The position numbers and the translations under genes are program-made. 29,005 nt of DNA from a virus (Duplodnaviria; Caudoviricetes), in the IMG/VR virus record IMGVR_UViG_3300048611_000213, positions 1 through 29,005 of that record; one strand, 5' to 3'. Under the pieces are notes generated by a model. That model ran no database searches, was not told the DNA's origin, and saw only the letters and a list, made by a program, of their open reading frames with translations. Positions 1 through 8,591 of the stretch are shown here, piece by piece (within the stretch, counting starts at the first letter, position 1; each line of letters starts with the position of its first letter).

Positions 1-1913
1 AAACCACCGCCGGCCGCGCCGCCGCCCACCACCGGCCCGCCGCCTATGCCGACGCCCCCGGTCAGCCCCATCTGCTGCGCAACCGTGCCCATCCCGACCG
101 AGCCGAGTACACCGCCGACCACCGGACGGAATACCATCAGCGATGCGATCTCCGCCGCCAGCCGGATGAAGATCCGCTTCACGGTACTGGCGAGGTCGGC
201 GAAGCTGTCCACCCCGCCCGAGAAGATGTTCTCAAAGGCGTCGGTGAAGCTATCCTGAATGCCGCGTATGGCATTCTTGAACGGCTCCTGCATCAGCTCT
301 TGCTGACGCTTGACCTGCTCTTCCATCGCGCGGGAATCCTCTTCCCGCTTGCGGACCATCTCAGCCAGCTCATCCTGCAGGTCGCGTGCGGTGCGGGCAG
401 CCTCAAGCCACGCCCGGCCCTGTTCGGTCGTGACATCGACGCCCTGGCGCATCGCATCGTTGTGGAGGTCGATTGACTTTTTGACCCGCTTGTATTCGGC
501 GTCGGACTTCTTGTGCGCGACGATCAGGGCCAGCGTGTCGCTCGTCAGTTGGTTCTGGGCTTTGGTCAGGTCGGCGACCTTCTTGGCGGCGACGCCCGAG
601 CCCGCTCCGGCATCCGCAACCCCCGACCCGAACTGTTTGACGGCCTCCACCGCATCCAAGATCGCGGGCTCGGTTTCCTTGATGGAGACCATGATGGCCG
701 CGAAGGTCGCGGCCATCATGGTCTCCATCAAGGAAACCGAGCCCGCTCCGGCATCCGCAACCCCCGACCCGAACTGTTTGACGGCCTCCACCGCATCCAA
801 GATCGCGGGCTCGGTTTCCTTGATGGAGACCATGATGGCCGCGAAGGTCGCGGCGGCGGCAGCGAGACCGACCAGCCCCTTCTTCGCCCCGGCCGAAACC
901 GCCGCCATGATGCCGCCAGCCGCTGCAGCAGCGCGCATCGCCACGGCAAGGGCGAGAAAAGCTTTCGCCATGCCGAGAACGATCCCGGCAAGTTTCAGAG
1001 CAATCAGGGCACCGGCAACGGCGACGATCTCACGCATGTTCCGGCCGACGAACTTCGCCGCTTCTGCAACACCTCGCATCGCAGCCCCGACAGCGCGGCC
1101 GAACTCTTCGCCGATCTCGCGCGCCTCGCGCATGGACTCCGCAGTAGCCTCGACGGACCCGGCCATGCCTTCGATGATGGACGTATCGAAGCCAGCGCTG
1201 AACGCGGCCTTGAGAAGCGTGAATTGATCTTCCAAGTGCTCCGACGCCTTGAGAACGCTGTCGCTGATCGTAACCAGCTTCACCATCTCGGCGTTGAGCG
1301 TTCCCGCCTCATCGGCCAGAAGGACCATCGCCTGCCCGGCCTGCCGTCCGAAGGCAGCGGCCGAAAGCGCCTGCTTGTCGAAGGCCGTTCCGGATTCCTG
1401 GATCGCCCGCAACATGATGCGCAGACCCTCTTCGGTCGAGGTCGCGGCAAGAAGCTGGTTTTTCAGCGCGACGTTGGACTTGTCGAGGATGGTGACGAGA
1501 GTCCCGGTTCCGGCCCGGAGCTCGCCGACGCGCTTGGTGAAGGCGCCGATGCCGGACTCAAGCTTCTGTGTCGCCACACCCGCAAGCTCGCCCTCGATCC
1601 GGTAACGCTGGAATTCGGAGGCCGTGATCTGTAGCTGCCGGGCCTGCTTCGCCAGCGCATCGCCGGTATTGATGGCCGACTTCGCGAACTGTGTGAACTG
1701 CCGCACGGCCAGCGCCCCGGCCAACGCGACAGCCGCCCCCCGAAGCTGTGAGAACTGCCGCTGGACGTTGCGCGAAGCCCGCTCCACCTGCTGCATGGAC
1801 CGCCGCATCGCGGCGGTATTGCTGGCGACGGCCCGCTGCGCCTTGGTCATGTCGCGGATGAACGCCGCGCTTTCCAAGCGAAGATTAGCCGTCAGCGATC
1901 CAATATTTGCCAT
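1..1913 (-). CDS. Tail tape measure protein (N-terminal part; continues past left edge)
   Basis: Hand-translated from ATG at 1913: MANIGSLTANLRLESAAFIRDMTKAQRAV...; Ala-rich helical ORF open to the window edge; lies downstream of the tail chaperones. Absent from the ORF track because no stop falls in the window. Confidence 0.93.
   Translation of the reverse strand, partial: MANIGSLTANLRLESAAFIRDMTKAQRAVASNTAAMRRSMQQVERASRNVQRQFSQLRGAAVALAGALAVRQFTQFAKSAINTGDALAKQARQLQITASEFQRYRIEGELAGVATQKLESGIGAFTKRVGELRAGTGTLVTILDKSNVALKNQLLAATSTEEGLRIMLRAIQESGTAFDKQALSAAAFGRQAGQAMVLLADEAGTLNAEMVKLVTISDSVLKASEHLEDQFTLLKAAFSAGFDTSIIEGMAGSVEATAESMREAREIGEEFGRAVGAAMRGVAEAAKFVGRNMREIVAVAGALIALKLAGIVLGMAKAFLALAVAMRAAAAAGGIMAAVSAGAKKGLVGLAAAAATFAAIMVSIKETEPAILDAVEAVKQFGSGVADAGAGSVSLMETMMAATFAAIMVSIKETEPAILDAVEAVKQFGSGVADAGAGSGVAAKKVADLTKAQNQLTSDTLALIVAHKKSDAEYKRVKKSIDLHNDAMRQGVDVTTEQGRAWLEAARTARDLQDELAEMVRKREEDSRAMEEQVKRQQELMQEPFKNAIRGIQDSFTDAFENIFSGGVDSFADLASTVKRIFIRLAAEIASLMVFRPVVGGVLGSVGMGTVAQQMGLTGGVGIGGGPVVGGGAAGGG
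596..854. repeat. Tandem inversion-duplication: 118-bp direct repeat with a 40-bp perfect hairpin
   Basis: 596-713 is identical to 737-854 (offset 141 nt). 664-703 is the exact reverse complement of 707-746, with a 3-nt loop (agg). Confidence 0.95.
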
Positions 1914-1962
1914 TCAGCAGAACCTTCGGTAGTCTTTGCTCTCCCGCAAAAGGAGATGGCTT

Positions 1963-2475
1963 ATGAGAATTATCTATTCAGCTTTCGCGCTTTTTGCGCT
2001 CGCCGCCTGTGCCCAGCCGACCCCGCTTCCGATTCAAGCCATGTCGCCCGAGCAGGCCGACTGTTTCAGCCGCGCAAAAGCCGGCGGGTCCGGTATCGGC
2101 GGCAACTCCATCGTCTGGCAGATGGCGATCCAGAACGAAAACGAGCGCCTTGTTTACGAATCCTGCATGCACGCGAAGGGGCTCACGCCGCAGGGTACGC
2201 CGGTCAACGCGCACACCGGGCAAGGCATCCTCGGCATGACCTTCCGCGCACACACCGAAGGGCTGGAGGTCGTGTCAATCGATCCGACCAGCGAGGCGGC
2301 GAGGAAGGGTATACGCCAGCACGACGTGTTTACCCGTTTGGGCTCCTATAAGCTCTCGTCGCCGGAAGCATTTGCGTCTCTCATCGCGACGATGCGGAAG
2401 AAGGAATACAGCCGCGCCGGCTTCCGGATAAAGCAACCGAGCGGCTATCTTCTTTTCATCGCCCTGCACATATAA
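1963..2475 (+). CDS. Lipoprotein with C-terminal PDZ-like domain (moron, opposite strand)
   Basis: GGAG 7 nt before ATG 1963; signal peptide MRIIYSAFALFALAAC with lipobox LAAC; PDZ-like LGMTF...GLEVVSIDPTSEAARKGIRQHDVF; fills the gap between two minus-strand genes. Confidence 0.8.
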   Translation: MRIIYSAFALFALAACAQPTPLPIQAMSPEQADCFSRAKAGGSGIGGNSIVWQMAIQNENERLVYESCMHAKGLTPQGTPVNAHTGQGILGMTFRAHTEGLEVVSIDPTSEAARKGIRQHDVFTRLGSYKLSSPEAFASLIATMRKKEYSRAGFRIKQPSGYLLFIALHI

Positions 2476-2478
2476 CGG

Positions 2479-2889
2479 CTAAGGCTTCGCCAGCTTCTTC
2501 GCTTCCCGCTCGATACCCTTGGCGAGAACCCGGCCCATCTCGTTCAGGGCTTCACCGGCTTTCCCATCCAGTGCCGGGCGCATGAACGGCTTGGCGACAG
2601 AATGAACGGTTCCAAATTCCGTTAAATGCGCCCGTCGGCTGTGCGGCTTCTTGAACCCGATCAGCACCATGCGCTGATTGTCCGCGTTCCGCTTCCGCTC
2701 GGTGGCTACCGTGATCGAATCCCGGAGCGCCCCGGACTTCACCGGGACCAGACGCTTGGCCTCTTCGATGATCGGCTTGGCACCCGCCCTCAGGGCCTGA
2801 TCGCCGACCTTCGCAGCCAAGTTCGGACCAAGCTCCTTGAGAAGCCGCTCCATCTCCTTCGCGCCGCGGATGCTGAAATCAGTTTTCAT
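2479..2889 (-). CDS. HK97 gp10-family tail completion/morphogenesis protein
   Basis: ALRAGAKPIIEEAKRLVPVKSGALRDSI and HLTEFGT...AKPFMRPALD motifs. Confidence 0.9.
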   Translation of the reverse strand: MKTDFSIRGAKEMERLLKELGPNLAAKVGDQALRAGAKPIIEEAKRLVPVKSGALRDSITVATERKRNADNQRMVLIGFKKPHSRRAHLTEFGTVHSVAKPFMRPALDGKAGEALNEMGRVLAKGIEREAKKLAKP

Positions 2890-3241
2890 TCTTCTTCGCC
2901 CGCTTTATCCTCTTGCCGAACCCACTCAGCAATTCGGCCTTGAGCCGATCGGGATTCAGATCGCCGCGCCTCTTGCGACCGAACTTCGGCATGAAGTCCT
3001 TGGGAGACATCGCCTTCGATCCCCGCTTCCGGTTCGGCGCGCTGTTCGCGACCACGGCTGCAATCGTGCCCGTGCGGAACCAGTCGATCTCCGATCCCCA
3101 CGGTTCCAAGGCATAGAACTCCATCCACTCCTGTAGCTCGCGGCGGGATATCGAAGCCTTGAGCTCGGCGACCGTCCGCCCCATCGCCAGCGCGAGACGA
3201 TGCAGGAACAGACGGCGCTGGTCGCCGCTCAGCCGTTTCCC
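2879..3241 (-). CDS. Tail assembly chaperone T part (GT fusion via -1 frameshift)
   Basis: The -1 frame after GGGAAAC reads GKRLSGDQRRLFLHRLALAMGRTVAELKASISRRELQEWMEFYALEPWG, typical of gpT-like segments. Confidence 0.85.
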   Translation of the reverse strand, partial: GKRLSGDQRRLFLHRLALAMGRTVAELKASISRRELQEWMEFYALEPWGSEIDWFRTGTIAAVVANSAPNRKRGSKAMSPKDFMPKFGRKRRGDLNPDRLKAELLSGFGKRIKRAKKNEN

Positions 3242-3591
3242 GCACTCTCCCCCGTCATGCCGTTGACCCGGAGCGCATGTTGCACAAGAGCCCGCGAGAC
3301 ATGCGCCGGCAGCTTGCGTAGCTCCGCCTCCTTGCCCTCTGGAATGACGCGCCGGCCCTTCGCGTCAACGATGGACGCGCACACGATCTCGCGCGTCAGC
3401 TTGCGGTTGTCGTATGCGTTGTCCCCATCCTCGGGTTTCTTTCCGGGAAGAAGACAGCGGGCGGAAATCGCCTCGACATCCTCTTCGGTGAGGGGCTGCG
3501 CATAGACGACGGGCAGCCCCTCGATTTCGATCTTCTCCCGGCGCGACGATGCCTTCGCCGCGCTCAGGAAGTCCTCATTCCTTTTCGTCAC
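3229..3591 (-). CDS. Tail assembly chaperone G
   Basis: Directly after the tail tube gene; CASIVDAKGRRV motif; ends at a slippery heptamer. Confidence 0.85.
   Translation of the reverse strand: MTKRNEDFLSAAKASSRREKIEIEGLPVVYAQPLTEEDVEAISARCLLPGKKPEDGDNAYDNRKLTREIVCASIVDAKGRRVIPEGKEAELRKLPAHVSRALVQHALRVNGMTGESAGNG
3235..3241 (-). promoter_or_regulatory. Programmed -1 ribosomal frameshift site G GGA AAC
   Basis: X XXY YYZ heptamer in phase (GCG GGA AAC GGC TGA), just before the G stop; the -1 frame joins the T ORF. Confidence 0.9.
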
Positions 3592-3595
3592 GGCA

Positions 3596-4015
3596 TCAGC
3601 TCCAGGTTAGATCGCCAGTCGGCTTCAGGGTGAATTCGAGCATCAACACATTGTCGAGCTCGATCTGGGTCACGACGGCACGGATGACGATGGCGTTGAA
3701 CGTCACCGTCTGCGCCGGCGAGTCGGGGAACGTGACCTTCCAGCTCCGGGCCGTGTTCGCGTCGAGATCGGTTTCCACGATCAGGACATGGATCGCGTTG
3801 TCCGGATCCCATTGCGCCGAGCACGGCATCTCGATCCCGTCCTTCAGCGCCTTCTTCCATTCGCGCGCGGTGGACGAAAGATTACTCACGTCGATCAGGC
3901 CACGCTCCTGTCCGACCACAGACATGTTCACGAGCTGCGGAATGCTGTCGTAGGTCTGCGGGGAATCATTGTTCTGGCGGGCAAGCGTCGTGCCGTCAGC
4001 TACATAGGTTGCCAT
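3596..4015 (-). CDS. Major tail tube protein
   Basis: IDVSNLSSTAREWKKALKDG...WDPDN...RSWKVTFPD...FTLKPTG signature; strong RBS GAAGGAG. Confidence 0.88.
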   Translation of the reverse strand: MATYVADGTTLARQNNDSPQTYDSIPQLVNMSVVGQERGLIDVSNLSSTAREWKKALKDGIEMPCSAQWDPDNAIHVLIVETDLDANTARSWKVTFPDSPAQTVTFNAIVIRAVVTQIELDNVLMLEFTLKPTGDLTWS

Positions 4016-4024
4016 GATGGGGCT

Positions 4025-4056
4025 CTCCTTCTCAGGGAATGCGGCGTCTCACGACG
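4025..4056 (-). promoter_or_regulatory. Leader element shared with the major capsid gene (hairpin + RBS)
   Basis: CGTC-GTGA-GACG...TTCCCTGAGAAGGAG, near-identical to 17763-17796. Confidence 0.65.
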
Positions 4057-4099
4057 GCGCGAGGCGGGGTTGCCCAGACCCCGATTTAGGGCAATCGGC

Positions 4100-4360
4100 T
4101 CAGCGCGGTTCGGTCCGCTCCGTGCCGGTATCGAGATTTCTGAAACGGCGGACGCCCCTGTCGGAAAGGCTGGTAATATCGACCTCACGGGCCTCGCCCT
4201 GTTCGACGGCCTCTTCTCCGGGAGTATCGACGGCGCCAACAACGCCGTGCGGCATGTCTTCCTTGATCCGGCGCGGGGACGCATCGCTGTCCGCCAGCTC
4301 CTGTGCATGGTGGCCGTTGCGCGCCGACACCAGAAGCCGGCCGATCAGGTAAAGCGCCAT
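4100..4360 (-). CDS. Hypothetical protein
   Basis: GGAG RBS and ATG; fills the gap between terminator and tail tube genes. Confidence 0.6.
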   Translation of the reverse strand: MALYLIGRLLVSARNGHHAQELADSDASPRRIKEDMPHGVVGAVDTPGEEAVEQGEAREVDITSLSDRGVRRFRNLDTGTERTEPR

Positions 4361-4364
4361 GGAC

Positions 4365-4751
4365 TCACTCCGTATGGATTATTCGAAAATCCTGGATCAC
4401 GCGGTACTTGTCCGCGTCGTCGTCGTAATCGTCGATCTCGTTGTCGAGCTTGATCACGGCGTGAAGGCTGGTCAGCATCCCGGTGAAGCCGTCGAGAGAC
4501 GACCGGACGGCGGCAGCGAGCGCCTGCGCGCCGAGATAGCCGGTGGCCCAGCTGTCGATCTGCAACCTTGCCGTCCCCCTGCCGATCGATCCCTGTAGAT
4601 CGTGCATCCGCGGTCCCGATATCCTGCGGAACACCAGTGCCGGATAGGTCGGGTTCTGCGGCAGCATGAGCGGGAATATCCGGGTCGATACCAGTCCAGA
4701 TATCGTGCCGTCAGCAGCAAGCCTTGCGCGGACTTCCGTTTCGAGGCTCAT
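4365..4751 (-). CDS. Tail terminator / tail completion protein (DUF3168-like)
   Basis: RIFPLMLPQNPTYPALVFRRIS...RLQIDSWA...A..LAAAVR motif; synteny. Confidence 0.9.
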   Translation of the reverse strand: MSLETEVRARLAADGTISGLVSTRIFPLMLPQNPTYPALVFRRISGPRMHDLQGSIGRGTARLQIDSWATGYLGAQALAAAVRSSLDGFTGMLTSLHAVIKLDNEIDDYDDDADKYRVIQDFRIIHTE

Positions 4752-5074
4752 GTCGCGGCGATCAGTTCGGCGGTCAGGACAAGATACTGACGGCGATCAA
4801 ATCTGCGGTCCTCTTCGAAGTGACGCAGGTTCCACGTCTCATCCTCGAAGATCAGCCGCATTTTCCGCGTCAGGTCCGTCCTGTACCTGATCCGGAATCT
4901 TGCAATGGCAGTGGCAAGATGCTGGAACGCCGCGAACTGCTCTCCCCCGGAGACCGGCATGTATTCGGCAGGGACATCGGCTTCCAGATCGGCCCACGTC
5001 TCGATGGGCTGGCCCGATGCGTCCTGCGCTTCCGTGGCCGATTGAATGGTGATCAGCCGGTCAAGCTCAGGCAT
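4748..5074 (-). CDS. Head closure protein (SPP1 gp16-like head-tail adaptor)
   Basis: Start reassigned to ATG 5074 (TGATG overlap): MPELDRLITIQ...DASGQPIETW...FRIRYRTDLTRKMRL. Confidence 0.9.
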   Translation of the reverse strand: MPELDRLITIQSATEAQDASGQPIETWADLEADVPAEYMPVSGGEQFAAFQHLATAIARFRIRYRTDLTRKMRLIFEDETWNLRHFEEDRRFDRRQYLVLTAELIAAT

Positions 5075-5682
5075 CACACCGCCGGGTACTGGCACTGCGA
5101 GAACAGCCCCTTGAAAGCGGGCGAGCGGTCCATCGCCGACCACGGGTCGCGGTGATCGTAAAGCTCTTTTACCCACGCCATGATCAGCTGCCGGTACTTC
5201 CATGGGACGGAATTCCGTGCTCCGAATCCCGCCAGATAGGTGACCGTCACCGCCTGCTCTATCGGCCGCGTCGTCGGCCATGTCGCGTCATAGGCCAGCT
5301 CGACCCGCCCGCGCCTGGTCTCGACTCCGCTATTGAGGACCCGGTAATCCGACGATGCGATGGTCTGTTCGGTTCCATTTTCGTCGAGATACTTGATGCT
5401 GGTCACCGACTGCAAAGGGCTGAGCGGCAGATCGAAAGCGGAGACGAACCGGCTGTACTCCCACCATCCGAAATCGGGAAAGCGGTCCATCGTGTACTCG
5501 ACGGTCTGCGAAATCAGACAACGATTCAGCAGGCCGTTGGGGCCGTCCAGTTGATCGACCGCGGCGAACATGTATTCCAGAATTTCGGCCTGCTTCGCTT
5601 CGTTGGTCTCGCGGATATGCGCCATCACCTCCCCGATCAGGACGGGAAGCTCGGTCGGAGCGGTCGTGACTTTCAGCGCCAT
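5074..5682 (-). CDS. Head-tail connector protein (gp6-like)
   Basis: MALKVTTAPTELPV..EVMAHIR...RCLISQT...PLQSVTSIKYLD...VTYLAGFG...YDHR; TGATG coupling. Confidence 0.9.
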   Translation of the reverse strand: MALKVTTAPTELPVLIGEVMAHIRETNEAKQAEILEYMFAAVDQLDGPNGLLNRCLISQTVEYTMDRFPDFGWWEYSRFVSAFDLPLSPLQSVTSIKYLDENGTEQTIASSDYRVLNSGVETRRGRVELAYDATWPTTRPIEQAVTVTYLAGFGARNSVPWKYRQLIMAWVKELYDHRDPWSAMDRSPAFKGLFSQCQYPAV

Positions 5683-5951
5683 CACAGATCACCGCAGACA
5701 ACGGGGATGGAGCGCTTCGCCTCGACCCCGGCATCCGACGTGATCTTGAGCGAAAGTTGATACACGATGCCCCATGCCAGATTGCTGAGATCGACATTGA
5801 GAGATGTCGCGTTCGCCAGCAGCGTGGGGCTGTCGTCTGGATCGACGGTCCATGCGTAGGTCGCGGCGTCGTCATCCGAGGCCAAGAACTCGGTCTCGAA
5901 ATCCAGCGCCCACGACAGGACATCGGCAGGGCTCTGCGCCTTCAGCGTCAT
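5682..5951 (-). CDS. Small beta-rich virion adaptor protein (putative fibre adaptor)
   Basis: Start at ATG 5951 (ATGA overlap); pattern K..P.DVL.W.LDF...W.V...V.LS....G..Y.L...IT...G....RS..V resembles Ig-like phage fibre adaptors. Confidence 0.6.
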   Translation of the reverse strand: MTLKAQSPADVLSWALDFETEFLASDDDAATYAWTVDPDDSPTLLANATSLNVDLSNLAWGIVYQLSLKITSDAGVEAKRSIPVVCGDL

Positions 5952-6748
5952 ATCAGGTCCCTCAGGTGATTCCACGCCAGACCAGAAGCCATTTCCTCGA
6001 CCGTCCACGATGTATAGGCGAGGTCCGCCGCCCACTGATCCCGGTCGGGCGTGAACCGTTCATCGTAGTCTCTGGCCGATACCGCCCACGCCATCGATCC
6101 GCGGTCCCTCGCTATGGTCGGGACACCCGAGAGAACCGACTGGACTCCCGAAGTCGAATTGAACGTCGCCACGACAGAGGCGCCGGAAAGACAGTCCTCG
6201 AGCGATCCCGTATCGACTTCGCAGCCGTAGGGAACGAAGACCCCGGCATCGTTGGGATGCGGTCTGAACTTGACCGGGATGCCCCAGTCCGCTTTGAGGT
6301 TCGCGGCCGCTTCCTCGTACCACGTCGTGATGTTGACGCCCTCTACCGAAGCGTCCCCCCTGACCTGCCCCATGACGACACCGTAGCGCCCGTCCTGCCA
6401 TGGCTTCATCGTCCGTGGGAAGTTCCGCTCCCATCTATCGGACGGCATGTCCTTCGCGAACACCGCGCGGCCGTTCAGCCCGTCAAAGCCCAGCGAGGTC
6501 CACTTTCTCCGGGCATGGATATCGCCGACGTAACCGCGCTCCATGACGAGATAATGTGCTCCGGCCTGTCGCTGTGTCTGGAACAGCGCCTTGTGCCGGT
6601 GCGCCCAGATCACGGCGAGATCGCTGGCGCGGACGTTTCCGGTATGACGAAATTCCGGCTCTATCCCGTGAGCCCTCAAGCCTTCGGCAAACGCGTCTTC
6701 GTTCGGCGTCGCCCACGGAGACCCGGATCGATAAACGACAACATCCAT
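5948..6748 (-). CDS. KpsS/KpsC-like (Capsule_synth) glycosyltransferase, probable CMP-ulosonate transferase
   Basis: VMERGY, GQVRGDASV (QxxxD), FRPHP and TFNSTSGVQSVLSGVP motifs as in beta-Kdo transferases. Confidence 0.75.
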   Translation of the reverse strand: MDVVVYRSGSPWATPNEDAFAEGLRAHGIEPEFRHTGNVRASDLAVIWAHRHKALFQTQRQAGAHYLVMERGYVGDIHARRKWTSLGFDGLNGRAVFAKDMPSDRWERNFPRTMKPWQDGRYGVVMGQVRGDASVEGVNITTWYEEAAANLKADWGIPVKFRPHPNDAGVFVPYGCEVDTGSLEDCLSGASVVATFNSTSGVQSVLSGVPTIARDRGSMAWAVSARDYDERFTPDRDQWAADLAYTSWTVEEMASGLAWNHLRDLI

Positions 6749-8028
6749 CAGAAAAAGCCGTGCTTCGCGACCAGATCGCGCACGCCGATATCCCTGACGA
6801 CATCGGCGATGATCTTCTGCTCAGCAGAAACAATCTCGACGGCACGGGACAGGACCGCCTCTTCATGCCGGGCCGGTATGACCATGACGCCCTCGGCATC
6901 GGCGAAGACGAGATCGGACGGGCACACCGTCACATTGCCCACCACTACAGGCTCATTGATTGACGCCACCGCGCCCCGGCCCTTCACGTCCCGGCAACAG
7001 AGTCCTCGGGAGTACACAGGAAAATCTCCGGTGGCCGTCGCGCCCGAATCCCGCGTCAGCCCGTCTATGATTGCTGCCTGCGCGCCCGACCGCACCGCCA
7101 GCCCCATGTTGATCTCGCCGAAATAAGCATGCCCGGTTCCGTTCCTGACGAAGACGACATCGTTGCCGGCAAGCCACGCATATGATTTCAGCGCGTCGTA
7201 AATGGCGTCGTCATCGTCGCCGGATGCGATCTCGCGTATCTCCATCGTCCGCGCGCGGCCGAAGACCTTGCGCGGGAGATTGCTGGCGAAGCTTCCGGGC
7301 AGAACACACTCCAACCCGAGCTCGTCGCAGACATCCGACAGGACCGCGCTCGTCAGCGATATCGACAGAAGCCGTAAGCGCCGCGATTCCTCCGCCACGA
7401 TGCCGGCAACCACCCGTTCGGCGAGAAAGAAATCCTCCGGCGTGTTGACATCGATCGACTCTACAGGGTCGCCCTCGATCAAAGCCGGCGACTCCCCAAC
7501 CCGTCTTCCCAGTCGGCGGGCTACATCTCCCCTGACCACGTAAAGCCCCATGGCCTCGGAAACCCTGTCCGGGAGATCGATGCTGTTCGGGATACGGTCT
7601 CCATAAACCGGCTGACCGTTCCGCCACTCATAGACCTTTTCGCGCCGCACCAGCACGGCGGAGTCGTGATCGTCCAGCGCCGCTATCGCGCGCCGGATCG
7701 TCTCCGGCCTTACGAACGGGCTCGTACACAGCGCATGCACATAGACATCGGCTGCGACGTGCGCGATCTCGTTTCTGAACAGCGCATGCCCGTCTGTATC
7801 GTTACCCGACAGGGACGGGTCGCGCCTGAGTATCCGCGCCCCCAGCCGTTCGCCGTAGCGCAGGATGCCCTCGTCTTCCGAGTCCAGATAGACCTCGTCT
7901 ATGAACGAACACGCGAGCAGCTTCCGCAGCGTGAACGCGAAGAACGGCTCGCCGTTAAACGGTCGAATGTTCTTGTTCGGAACCCGGTCGCTCGATCCCT
8001 TTGCGGGAAGGAAGGCAACCGTCTTCAC
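6748..8028 (-). CDS. Acylneuraminate/Kdo-type cytidylyltransferase fused to RraA/HMG-aldolase domain
   Basis: GTG 8028: KTVAFLPAKGSSDRVPNKNIRPF, CTSPF, IDVNTPEDF (NeuA/KdsB family); C-terminal SDVCD...GEI...IIDGLTRD...VCPSDLVFADAEGVMVIP (RraA-like). Confidence 0.88.
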   Translation of the reverse strand: MKTVAFLPAKGSSDRVPNKNIRPFNGEPFFAFTLRKLLACSFIDEVYLDSEDEGILRYGERLGARILRRDPSLSGNDTDGHALFRNEIAHVAADVYVHALCTSPFVRPETIRRAIAALDDHDSAVLVRREKVYEWRNGQPVYGDRIPNSIDLPDRVSEAMGLYVVRGDVARRLGRRVGESPALIEGDPVESIDVNTPEDFFLAERVVAGIVAEESRRLRLLSISLTSAVLSDVCDELGLECVLPGSFASNLPRKVFGRARTMEIREIASGDDDDAIYDALKSYAWLAGNDVVFVRNGTGHAYFGEINMGLAVRSGAQAAIIDGLTRDSGATATGDFPVYSRGLCCRDVKGRGAVASINEPVVVGNVTVCPSDLVFADAEGVMVIPARHEEAVLSRAVEIVSAEQKIIADVVRDIGVRDLVAKHGFF

Positions 8029-8591
8029 AAGACCGATTCCAGCGGCGCTTTCCTGAACCCCTCGACCCGGCTTTCGGGATTGGCGATCACGACCTCTATT
8101 CCGTTTTCCTTGTACCACGGCCCCGTTCTGGCGAAATTCTCCCGCACCTTCTCTAACCGGGTTCGCGGCCGTGTCGGCCCCGGAATCCAGAGCCGGTTGT
8201 CATCGTCGAGATCGAAGCCCAGACAGACAATCCGCCGCGCCCCCTTCTGCATGGCGAGATTGATTCCCGTCAGCCCGCTGTTACAGCCTGTGTCGCCGTC
8301 GCTCAGAGTGCCGGGTTCCTGGCTCGGGAGCGTCGTACTCACCCGCTGCCAGAACACCGCCCCTTCCGGCGTATCTTGCGGACGAACGAGGCAGACGTGC
8401 TTGTCTCCTCCGAACGCCGCCAACTCCTTCGCGCTATCGATGATCAGTTGCTTGTCCAGCGAGAAGAAAGCATGGCACGGCGCATGGAACGCGGCACGGT
8501 TGATGCCGACAACAACGCCCGGCAGGCTTGTGATATCGATACCCGCCGCCGACGCCCCCGCCCCGAGAATGAACGTGGTCCCCCAATTCAC
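8025..8591 (-). CDS. Maf/DUF115/CstII-like putative glycosyltransferase
   Basis: GTG 8591 overlapping the upstream stop; FILGAGAS, VGINRA, NSGLTGINLAMQKGARRIVCLGFD motifs. Confidence 0.72.
   Translation of the reverse strand: MNWGTTFILGAGASAAGIDITSLPGVVVGINRAAFHAPCHAFFSLDKQLIIDSAKELAAFGGDKHVCLVRPQDTPEGAVFWQRVSTTLPSQEPGTLSDGDTGCNSGLTGINLAMQKGARRIVCLGFDLDDDNRLWIPGPTRPRTRLEKVRENFARTGPWYKENGIEVVIANPESRVEGFRKAPLESVL

Noticed and set aside
596-854. CRISPR array, MITE or IS end
   Set aside because: Only two copies, no spacers, no target-site duplication or transposase; geometry fits a template switch.
310-1932. Long plus-strand ORFs (305, 373, 102 aa)
   Set aside because: Antisense shadows of the tape measure gene in GC-rich DNA; no motifs.
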